From positions 33,640 to 97,639 of the forward strand of contig NIVC01003338.1 in NCBI GenBank assembly GCA_002269645.1: 64,000 nucleotides of DNA, given 5' to 3'. The stretch comes from Macrostomum lignano (Eukaryota). Under the pieces are notes generated by a model. That model searched no databases and was not told where the DNA came from. It saw only the letters and a list, made by a program, of their open reading frames with translations. Below are positions 10,901-21,997 of the stretch, piece by piece. Numbering within the stretch: position 1 is the stretch's first letter; the number at the start of each line of letters is the position of its first letter. Made by a program: the position numbers and the translations under genes.

Positions 10901-13900
10901 CCTAAGTACCAATATCATATTGGACAAAGCTATTTTATATTTTTGTATCTATAAAAAACAAAAACACAAAAAAAGTTTAACAAATGATTAAAAGAGAATT
11001 CCCAATTCTGCTTTTGTCATTTAAAGGTTTATCCAAGTTAAGCTTTAAACTTTTTGGGCCTATTAGAACCTTTAAACAAAAACAACAACAAACAACAAAA
11101 TATGCAACCTTGCATGCACAGTTGCAGTTAGAGCAGGGCGCGTCAGATGGCACGCTGCAGAGCCTGGGAGCGAACAAAGTCTACTAACATTGCACAGCAG
11201 GCAGTCCATGTATCAATGGGTTTAGGCCTAACCCCGCCTAAATGGGCCATGCAAGGTGAGCAGCAAGATGTCCTAAACAGGTTAGGGGCAATAGCCCTCA
11301 GCCTGGATCATGTGACCTGCTAGTTGAGGTTGCTGCCAGCACAGAATGATGAACAGGCGCTGCAGCTTGGCCCGATTATACAAGGCCTCAGTCCCAATCC
11401 TTTCATCAACCCGAAAGGTTACACAGAGCAACCCTGAGTGCGCCAAGTCCAGCTGCCACTCTAGCGTAGCTGTCAGCGTCCATGTCTTGGCATTGTATAG
11501 GCCTAGCAGGATGGTTTTGACCACTGCCTGCTAGGCTACAGCCAAGCCCTTTGGCAGTTGGGCAGCGCTTTGGATTGGAGGATAGCTTGGATTGAATGAA
11601 AACTTAAAACAAAAAGCCTAGGCCTATTAAAGGCATACTTTTATATTGAACTATATGGCACATACTGAAACTATAAGAAAATAAGCCTAAGGTATATAGA
11701 GGGCCTTAGTGAATATAATTATAATAGCAAAAATAGTTATTTTTATGGTTAACACAAAAAAATGTAGGCCTACTTTCTAAATAACTTCTAAGTAACAAAC
11801 ATGCAATGTAGGCTATGTAAATATAGACCTAGTAATTAAAAACAAAGAAACATTTTAAATATATTGATACAATATTACAATGTTAGGCTAACTTTATATG
11901 GTTCTTGTTATTGACCTTAGTCCTTAGCTAGCTAGGCCTAACTTATGAATGTTAGGCCTGTTAAATTTATTCCAAGTGCAAGTTCTAACTTCCAATAGCT
12001 ATAAAAAATAGCCATTTTGCTTTTTAGTTAGGCCCTATATACTAGGGCCTAGTATAGTGACTACAAAAATAATAGGCCTAGGCAAAGCTACACTATTTAA
12101 AAGTAGCCTAGATAGTATGAGCATACTTGTTTAAGTGTTGATTGTTGAATATAAAAAACCATCTTGCTATTTGTAATAGTCACAGCAACAACTGCAATTT
12201 AAAAATCTTTTCTAGTAGGCCTATTTATTAGGCCTTAGGCCTAGGCTTGGTTGAAAAAATACACAAAAGATGCGTGCAATTGAATGGATCTAGGCTAGGC
12301 ATACAGCGACTATTTGCAATTTTTTACTGCAAAAAAGCGTGAATTTTTACTAAAAGCTACTCTAATCACATCACATGTCATAGCCAAAGCCCCCTAGCTA
12401 GCTCATCCTCATCAGTCATCACTCATCACTGGGCCCTCTTGTCTTTAGGCTCTTTCGAGTTGCCAAAACAAAACTTATACTGTTTGAAGTAAATTGTCTA
12501 ATTTTATTTCTCATTCCTTCCTTTTCTCGCCGCTAGGAGATGACCTCAGTGGTTTTAGTCTAGTAGTGAGTCTAGTAGTGAGGCAGTGAATTTCTAATAT
12601 CTAATTTTCTTTAAAATGAAGTTCGTTCGTAATCATCACTTCATCATGCACCCATAATGACAAGCTTCTAAAAAATAGCTAGATTTTTTACTTTTAAAAA
12701 TTTATTTGCAGTAAACAAAAAACGTGTATAGTAAAAGTTTGTAAGATTTATAAAAGTAAATTTTCTTTTGGTAAGTTTTTTTTTAATTTTATCTTATTTT
12801 TAGTTTGCCTAAAAATGCAATACAAAAACAACTAAGTTTTATTTTAAACATCGTTTTGAAAGACTTTTAATCAATTGTTGTTATAAAATATATTGCCGAG
12901 TTAATGCATAACGTGTAAGTTCGTTAAAACTAGTATTTAATAAAATTGCATTCTCTATTGATTGGTTGTTTATTTTATATTACTATCACAAGTAATTTAT
13001 TTTAAGTATTCTTTTTGCCTAATATAATACTAATGGTTATAATACTAATAGCTCTTACCAAGACCAGTTGGACAAAAACTATTAAGTATTAAGTATAAGT
13101 ATAGGCCCTATGACTAGGATTCAGGATTGCTTCTCATTTCTGTTGTCTGTAAGCCTAATTTAGATAGCTTATTGCTATGCAAGTAGGCTTTAATTTGCAG
13201 ATTAAAATAAAAGAGTTACAAAGTAACTTACTATAAATGGATAATTTACCGAACAGAAGTGTAGGATTGCCTAATTTACTTTAATTAATTTATACATATA
13301 GCCTAATTAAATTCTTCTTTTGAAAATTTGTCAAGTATTAAAAAAGTCATGGATCTTTTCATATCTTAAATTTAATTTTCTACAATTTTGTAATGCATTT
13401 TACCTAGGCCTATTATGCCTTAAATTGCTTAATGCTTAAACATTGCAATCATTTTGTCTAAGTCAGATTTATGTTAGGCCTAACAATAACAGTGACTTGG
13501 CCAATATAAATAACAAAACTATTATTTATATTGTCAAGACATAATGTTGTAAGACTATCTAGGCCTATGGTTTTAAACTTTATGCCATAGTCAAGTCAAG
13601 AAGATGGCCTTTTTCATAGAAAATTCTGGTATAAAAAGAGATTGGGTATGCACCATGCCAGTGCATTTTGTCATAATAATAGGCAAGAAAGAAAATCCAA
13701 CACAGTTAACAATGATTATTTTCTATGAAACAGATTTAAATATAAGTTTTACTAGCATTTTTTCAAATGGGGAAAATACTTATATTTGTGTTTTTATGTT
13801 TCTTTTAAAAAAAAGTTCTAGTAGGCCTATATTGTATTAAGTAGACTTATTTGATAAGAATAGTTTTGGCGCATGGCAAAAGTAATTTTTTTTATTGGAT

Positions 13901-14210
13901 TTGTTCTAGCATATGGTGCAATCAAATTTTTTTATAGGATTTGTTTCAGCATAGGTATGCTATGATCCTGGCTATGGACTTAATGTAACCATATATATTG
14001 CAAAACTATAGTAAAATCACTATGTGTAAAAATCAAAAGGGCTATTCTTATAGGCATTGAGATCATATAAGGGAAGAAATTAGTGTTTCGTCATAAAAAG
14101 GGTCCATAGCTATAGTTGTAAGCAAAACTATGGCTTATTTCAATTCTCTGTATTCCATAGCCATATAGACCCCAATATTACCATATTCTCATAGTTCGCA
14201 TAGCCATAGC

Positions 14211-14506
14211 CATACATGCCCAACCTCCAAAATTCGGTCGGCCATACAACTTAGTTTTAACAAAAATGTGACATAGTTTTTGGCCAAAAATGCGACTTAC
14301 ATGTAAAAAACCCTAACGCAAAATTAACGCAACTTTGGGTAAACGGCAAGAGTAACTATGACTGTCTTATAAAGTCAAAATGCCTTATCAGCTACTTAGT
14401 ACTACTACTTTGGTATTTTTTAGATGGGCATTTTTGCAACTTCCTTGGTTGGCCGCCAAATCGGTTGGCCAGATCGGCCGACTCGGCCAACTATTGCGCA
14501 TGTATG
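14211..14506 (+). mobile_element. MITE copy B (same family)
   Basis: Same internal sequence, TIRs with single mismatches. 8-bp TSD gccatagc at 14203-14210 and 14507-14514. Confidence 0.93.
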
Positions 14507-15418
14507 GCCATAGCCATAGTTTTACCAAAAAGTCTAGAAAACAAAATATTTTGAATCAAGATAACCTTACTTAAACAACTGCAAATTAAGTTAGAAAATA
14601 AAAGAAACACTTGATTGCCTTTGTAAGATTATATTTTGTCTTTTTACAGTGCAACAATACTTATTTGCTACTGAAAGTACTAATGCTGAACTTTTTCACA
14701 ATAATAAAAATTAGAGTTTTCTAGTGTTTTATTGTACTTTATTAAGTCTATTTCTTAAGTTTTTTAAGTTGATAATACAGTTTACTACAGTATCTTTGTT
14801 TTACTCTGCCTGTTTCAAATTTTTAAAATTAATAACTATGGCTTTGGGAATCTACAGAATGTGGCAGCAACTATCATATTTCTGTAGTCGTAGCTATAAG
14901 ATCAGCTAGCTACCGTAGGCATATCCATAGCTGCTTTAGGCATCTATTTTACCATATTTGCCATAGCTATGGTGGAACACTAGAAAAAATTATTTATATA
15001 AATTATTAACGAATATGTAAAATAAGCTAGAGCCTAGCTAAAGTTGGTAATAAAAACTACTAGAACTAGAATTTACCATTGTATTAATATATTGATAATC
15101 TATTTTATTTTTTAAATTTAATAATTTTTTCTTTAATAAGTTATGTTTTTAATTTGCACTGCAATTATGCAAGTTTGTTACTTAATTTAAATGATATTTA
15201 TTTGATATGTTGATTGTAAAAATGACTATCTTACTATTTATATAGTCAGTATAACAAAATCAACTGCCTTTGTCTAAATATTTTTGTAATATTACTTTTT
15301 GTAATATTTTATAATAAAAGTGAGTTGATGACTGATATACACCAATGTAATTGCCTTTATTTATCTTTTCATGTTTAGGCACAACCTTGGGATTCACTTG
15401 GCCATTTCTATGCTTAGG

Positions 15419-15601
15419 CGCAACCTAGGGATTCACCTAGCTGTTTTTATTGGCAACACACACATTCCATCCAATAGTAAGTCACTATTGGATGGTAAGT
15501 CACTATTGGATGGAATAGTAGTCACATGACTGCTCTTAGCCAATAGCAACTTACATGTATATGTTGCTAATAGAAACAGCCAGGTGATTCCTAAGGTTGT
15601 G
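15419..15601. mobile_element. Small hairpin/foldback element (possible MITE relic)
   Basis: cgcaacctagggattcacctagctgtttttattggcaac is the approximate reverse complement of gttgctaatagaaacagccaggtgattcctaaggttgtg. Internal palindrome ccatccaatagt/actattggatgg. An extra left-end copy lies at about 15380. No TSD identified. Confidence 0.5.
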
Positions 15602-16306
15602 GATGTATATATCTTTTTCAACTTAAATTTTCTTATCTTATATCTATAAGAGGCCTAAATATAGTTATAGGACTAAAATAACTAAAACACATTGCAACAA
15701 TGCCTTAAAAATCTGGCCTAAAATGCATAACGAGACCATAGCATAGAAAAAACATTTTTGCCACTTTTCATAATGACTAATGTCTTATTAATTCTTTCTT
15801 CTTTTTATAAGCATAAGTAAGTCATAATTCAGCATATAATTTTTTGTTTCTTAAATAGGGACAATAAGGCCAACCTATTAAAAGGTTTAAACAATGACAA
15901 TTTTGTGAATTATTCAAGTATATCTAATGCAAAAGATTAGTTAAGTCAAGAATTAAAAAGTTTATAATATTGCATTGGCTTTATATTTTATAAAGCCAAA
16001 TTCCAAAACATTTTTTTAATTTCAAGAAAATATAATCCCAATGTTAGATACTAATAAAAATCTTCATGTGTATTACTAGCCAGAGCATAAGCTTTAAAAC
16101 AAAATCTTAACTTATTAACAATTGATTTTGTTAAATTAAAAATTAATTGAATATTAATAAGTAATAATCTATTAATGTTAATATAGAACATATATGAATT
16201 AGGTATTTTTTATAAAACTAACTTTATAATGCACTGTTTTTGCTTTTCATCTTTTAAGCTAACACTAAAAGAAATGCTATCTAAGCAATTTATGATTTAT
16301 TAGGTA

Positions 16307-16605
16307 CATACATGCGCAACCTCCAAAATTCGGTCGGCCGTGCGACTTAGTTTTAACAAAAAATGCGACGTAGTTTTTGGCTAAAAATGCGACTTACATG
16401 TAAAAAAACCCTAAAGCAAAATTACCGCAACTTTGGGTAAACGGCAGGAGTAACTATGACTGTCTTATTAAGCTAAAATGCCTCGTCAGCTACTTAGTAC
16501 TACTGCTTGGGTGTTTTTTCGGGTGGCCATTTTTGCGACTTCTTTGGTTGGCCGCCAAATCGGTCGGCCGGATCGGCCGACTCGGCCGACTGTTGCGCAT
16601 GTATG
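16307..16605 (+). mobile_element. MITE copy C (same family, most CpG-rich copy)
   Basis: Perfect 14-bp TIR. 8-bp TSD attaggta at 16299-16306 and 16606-16613. Confidence 0.93.
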
Positions 16606-16907
16606 ATTAGGTACTAGGGAAAAATAGGTAATATGGTAATAGGTGATAGAGAAAAAACATATAAATGGCTACTAAAGTAGTATAAAGTAAGAAAATAAAA
16701 TTCTTTATTTGATAATTGAAAGTTAATAATTGATTATTAACATTGAACAAGAAGATTGTTCTAATAATACTAGCAAGCAGAGCTAAAAGTAAAAAAAAAC
16801 TATTAATATATAGTAAAATCAATGAATTAAGTAATACTTATATAGTCAAGAATTAGTTCATACTAGCACATTAAGCACCCATGGGGGGAATTCAATTCAA
16901 AGTTTAA

Positions 16908-19371
16908 CCCTTAGATGCCGGGTGGCTAGCAGGGCTGACCATAGCCATAGAATAGAAGGTGACAAGAAAAAAAATTGGTAGTCCATGGCCAGTGAGGCGC
17001 AGAATTGCAGCTCCTTTCCTGCCGAACATGGTCAGCTGAGCTGACCATGGAATAAATAGCGCACTCACTCAGTCTGTAGCACTCTGTAGCAACCACTAGA
17101 GCAACTTTCATGTACTAACAATGGCACAGAAGAAAGATGCAGTTTATTGTTGAATTAATTTCGAACTATAAAGTTAAAGGGAAAGTTAAAGTTAAAGTTC
17201 AAGCAAAAGAAGATATTTGTCCAAAAGCAACAAAAAATTTATGATTTTGAGATGCAACTACATGTACGCTCGTATAGTAGCATATAATAATACAGGGAAC
17301 AATATTGTGGTAGAGTGCCGCAGTTGGACATTTAATTATTTTTGTCTTAACATAAAGGTAAAAAATTAATAGTCAATGCCGAATACAAACGCGAATTATA
17401 TAGTACGGCTGGTGAAAGGAGTTCTTTAATTCAGTGATTCACATGCCACCGTTCAAAGCAGGGACTTGGGCACAGTCCAGGTGCATTCGGACACACACTG
17501 CAGCAGAACACGGTGCGCTTCGCAGTGCCGTTGCGGTAGCACACGCGGCATCGCTTCACTGGCCTCGGGCACGATTCCCTTGGAGGCAGCTTTGATGGAA
17601 AGTGCTGCTGAGCTGCGGCCGCCGCTGGTTGCCTAGCTGCCGTTCGCTGTCTTCCTGGTCCCGTGGAGTCAACCAGTAGGGTGATACAGCTCTCCAGGAA
17701 TTTGAAGAACTGCAGCCGGCCACCGTGCTTTGAGTATACAACCCATGCATTGTGTACAAGCAGCAGGCAGAGATGAAACCCCAACTTATGAAACCACTTG
17801 TAGGTTTTGCGGCAGCTGTCGTACGGTTTCAGCATGGCATTGAGTTGGTCAACGCCTCCCATGCAGCGGTTGTACAGCAGGTTCGAGGCGCTTTTCTGCA
17901 CTTGCACAGCTTCACCATTCTTGCGAATTCAGTTCGTCGCTACTTTCTGAGCTGAGCCGTGGGTGTCGATCATGAAGAATGTTTTCAAGCCGCTTTCCTT
18001 GCGCTCCAGGATTTTCATGGCCAGCACTGGCAGCTTCCTCATGAAAACTACGTCATTCAACGGCACCTGCTGACTGCGCAATGCCAACGGCACTCCACGG
18101 TTGGCTCGAACAGTTGCTGTCAGCAGTGTGCTGCGTTCGTACAGAAAAGTCGCAAGCTGTACTGAGGCAAACCACTTGTCGATGAAAAGGTGATAGCCGA
18201 AACCGAGCAGGTCCTTGCAAAGGTGCACTACAATTTTCTCGCTTAGAGACAGCTGGTCACAACCGAGGTCGTCGCCAAAATGAGAGTTCTCTTCAGCAGT
18301 CGAATGTACTAGAAAGTTATACAGGTAGCCAGATGCAGACTCACAGGCGCAGTACATTTTAATTCCAACTCTGGCTCTCTTCGATGGGATGTACTGCCTA
18401 AACTGAAGGCGCCCCTTGTACAGAATCAGGGACTCGTCGACGCTGACCTGCTGCTCCGGCTGGTACACATTCGCGCAGAGCTGCTGAGCCAGACGGAGCA
18501 GTGGCCGAATCTTGTGCAGTGGGTTGTTCGAGGCGGGTGCTCGTGCATCGTAGAAATGAAGGAAGGCCAGCAGCTGCTTGAATTGGTCACGGGTCAAGCC
18601 ATTGGGCGATTGAAAAAACGGAGTACTGTGAATGACACTGGTGCTCCAGTAATCATGCAGTTCCGGCTTCCGTGAGATGCCCATGAACAGGTACATACCC
18701 AACAGCTTGGATATCTCACTGCGGTTTGTGTCCTTCCATGACTTCAGCAAGCTCGAAACATCTTCTCCATCATGTGTCGCCTGCTCATACTCAGCCCAAG
18801 CTTTTGCGTTTGTCCACTCCACGATCTTATCCAGCAGCTCATCGGTTAGAAACAGTCGTAGAAAATATTGGATGTCTTCACGGTCTTCGGGAAGGACAAT
18901 GCTAGGGTTTACACCCGAAATTCCAGTGAAACTGGGGCCGTCTTCAACAATGTCTTCGCCTGGCTCCACAAACTGCCAATCAACTTCTACTTCGCTGATA
19001 GTGACTGACTCAGACGACTCGGAGTTCTCCGCTATTCCAGCGTCACTTTCGGAGTTGGAAGTCAACAGAATATCCATATTTGGATTGATTTGAATTACAT
19101 GAATAGAATTGTACAGAATTTGGCACAGCCCTTAATATACTAAAACTGGACTGTCTATGGCCAGTCTTGTACAGTTTTGATAAGCGTGTGTGCAACCCAT
19201 TCCAAATGTACATTCTCCTTCAACCCTAGATTAGACCAGCGATGGCTGGCTTATTGGCAGGAGTGGCAGTGCAATTCAGTTCACTGAAAACTTGAAATAG
19301 TCTATGGTCAGCTCTGCTGACCATGCCAGCAGGAACGGAGCTTTCTATTTAGGAATTCAGGCTTGAAAAGG
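16908..19371 (-). mobile_element. Full-length piggyBac DNA transposon (2464 bp)
   Basis: TTAA at 16904-16907 and 19372-19375. Imperfect ends CCCTTAGATGCC / CCTTTTCAAGCC. Subterminal inverted repeats at 17010-17049 and 19302-19341, each containing the palindrome catggtcagc-N3-gctgaccat. Internal transposase. Confidence 0.85.
17431..19077 (-). pseudogene. piggyBac (PGBD4-like, DDE_Tnp_1_7) transposase, 548 codons, interrupted by one in-frame TGA at 17931-17929
   Basis: ORFs 17929-19077 and 17431-17907 are in the same frame. Motifs VSVDESLILYKGR..FRQYIPSKRARVGIK, LFIDKWF, YNRCMGGVDQLN, KWFHKLGFHL, and a C-terminal Cys-rich domain CRVC..CSVC..LC..CFERWH. Confidence 0.92.
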
Positions 19372-19464
19372 TTAAATATTGAAAGCATGAAAAAATTGTT
19401 TTTAAATATTAGACTTGCTAACAAATTGATTTTTTCATTGTCTGAAATTTTAGATACCCATCAA

Positions 19465-20030
19465 GGTCATCCCAAAAGTTCTATATATCATTGAATTACT
19501 CCTACAAACTAATAAAAATTTTGAAAAAAACTGCACACAAACTTGCACTAATATCTACAGACAACATTGATGAATTTTCATGAAAGATCTCAATGCAATT
19601 AGAAATAACAAGCTGAGTTGTCCAACACCTTCAGAGCAAGTAGATAGCTTTCAAATTGACTTCTTAAACTAGCAAAGTGCAGCTCATGCAGCATCACCAA
19701 CTGAATAGGCAAGTGTCATAAGCAAAAGAGTAAATGAACTTGATAAGAATTCCATCATTTATTCCTGACTGATTGGCTGACTCACATGACTGGTCAATGA
19801 TGCTGCATCAGCTGCACTATGCCAGTTTAATAATTCAATATAAGAGCTATCCATTTGCTCTAAAGGTGTTGGACAACCCCAGCTTGTTATTTCTAATTGC
19901 ATTGAGATTTTTTCATGAAAATTCATCTATGTTGTGTGCAGATATTGGTGCAAGTTTGTGTGCACTTTCTTCAAAATTGGTTCCAGTTTGTAGGAGTAAT
20001 TCAGTGATATAGAGAACTTTTGGGATGACC
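19465..20030. mobile_element. Foldback / mariner-like MITE with arms of about 232 bp and a spacer of about 100 bp
   Basis: 19465-19696 is the approximate reverse complement of 19798-20030 (ggtcatcccaaaagttct... / ...agaacttttgggatgacc). The right end reads TA|TGAGGGTCATCCC on the minus strand, resembling TA|CGAGGG mariner ends. The left terminus is degenerate. Confidence 0.75.
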
Positions 20031-21997
20031 CTCATATACTTATAATGTGCCAGTAAGCAATTTCTCTTAGACTATTCTAAAATAAAAGATATGAGCAAAC
20101 TGATTCAGTAGCTTTAATCTATCCAACAAAACCCTCACACACTACACCTCTCTCCTCCCACTTCATTCCTCAACTGCAGTTGCATATAGTTGCAGTTGCA
20201 ACTTAGTTGCATTACTTGCAAAGATCAAAAGACTTTGCTTGCACTCTCAAAAGAGGCAACCATAGACAGAATCTTCTGTGATGATGACTTTTCGATGTCT
20301 AAGTATATATAAGCACACTACCACAATAAGCCCCTAATGGTAGGTGTTCAAATAAAAAATTCAAACATTGAAAGCATTAAAAAGCATGTTTTTTTAATAT
20401 TTGACTTACTAACAATTCGTATAATATAAATAAATTTTATATAAATTTTATATACCAATTTGCCAAATAAATCTTAATTAATTAACCAACCCCATTAGCT
20501 ACTGCCCTTATCTGCAACTGCACCACCCAGTGTTGTATTCATAAGATAAAACAAAAGATCAGAGCAGTTTAGAAGGTTGATAAATTTCAGGCCAGCTTTT
20601 TAACCTCCTATGCACCCACTCTTTTTATCAATTGTCTATTAGACTGGTTAGTACACAATAATAAAATTCAACCAACCACACAAATTGCCAGCCCACCATG
20701 TGAAGAGTTAAAAAACCCCTTTAGCTTTAATGTAAATTTATATTCTACATTGTACATTGGCCAAGGAAAGGCCTAAATGGTTGAACTGAACAATTTAATT
20801 TAGAAACAGAAGTGCCCATTTAAAGCATTAAATAAATTGTTTTACAAATATTTGATCCATTCATTCAAATAATTTTTATTTCTAATTTTTATTAAAAAGC
20901 TAGACAGTTCTCAAAAAAATCAATGACAGACAGACAGACAGACAAACAATGCAAAATTAGTATATAGATTTTATTAATAATGAAGGTAATAAGTAAGAAT
21001 TTGTTATATTGCATAGTCATCCTCATAAAAAAGAGATTAATTAGGCATGCAGGTAAATTAAATTTGTAATGTAACTTCTTATCAGACATTTTTGTTCTTT
21101 CTTAGTGTCTTTGGGCTTATTGACATTGTCATTAGCATTAATGATGAAATTGCTATTAACTCACAAAATCTTAATGGCATTCTGTTAATGTTAATGAAAA
21201 ATCTTAACATTTATTATTATTTATTAATAGATTAACACTTATTAATGGACTTGTGCCCAACACTGTATCATCCCTTATTTTTATAAGTATTAGGGTTTTT
21301 AAAAAAGCCATTTTAAAAAAAAAGATGATAAGCTTGTTGGTATTTTATTTAGTAGCTAACTATGCTAAATATATTTTAGAAGCCTTTTGACAAAATGTTT
21401 TTTCTATTTTGTCAAGTTCTAATTTACTTTTTATTCTGCATTAAAAGTTTTACAACTATATATTCATTTTATTTGTACTATTTGTGACTATGATATTATC
21501 CAGTTATGGTGATCTTCCAGTTTGTTTCCTGGTTTTGTTTTCAAGTTTGAATTGGTGCTGCAACATAGTGCCATGTTAGAAAATGGTGTCTATGGTCAAA
21601 AGTAATAGGAAATGGCATTAGAAAATGCTCTAGCTTTTATATCTGATCTACTGCTTTAACTGTATATTGAACTGGCTAAATTTGCTTCTTTCCTTGGTTG
21701 TGCACCTTGTAATTTTGTTACATTTAGAAAGAGATAAAGACAGGAAGCCTTAGCTGCTTCACCATAGGCTTAGTCTCATTTAGTAGTCTTTATTATCATT
21801 ATCATAAATTATAGATATACCATGATTCTGTCGAAAACCGAGACAGCCAAACTAACCAATGGCGCAAACTAAATAGTAGTAAAGTGCATTGCTAGCAAAA
21901 GTATTTCACAACCATGAATTATTTGTAACTTTGTATTTGCATTGCTTTTTGCCGCAAACTGCTGCTGCGCCATCTCGCACGCGCAGACTAAAAGCCA

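Noticed and set aside
11282-11534. Short ORFs in the GC-richer patch of the AT island
   Set aside because: No recognisable motif or clear splice context. The patch is kept only as a possible promoter or non-coding exon.
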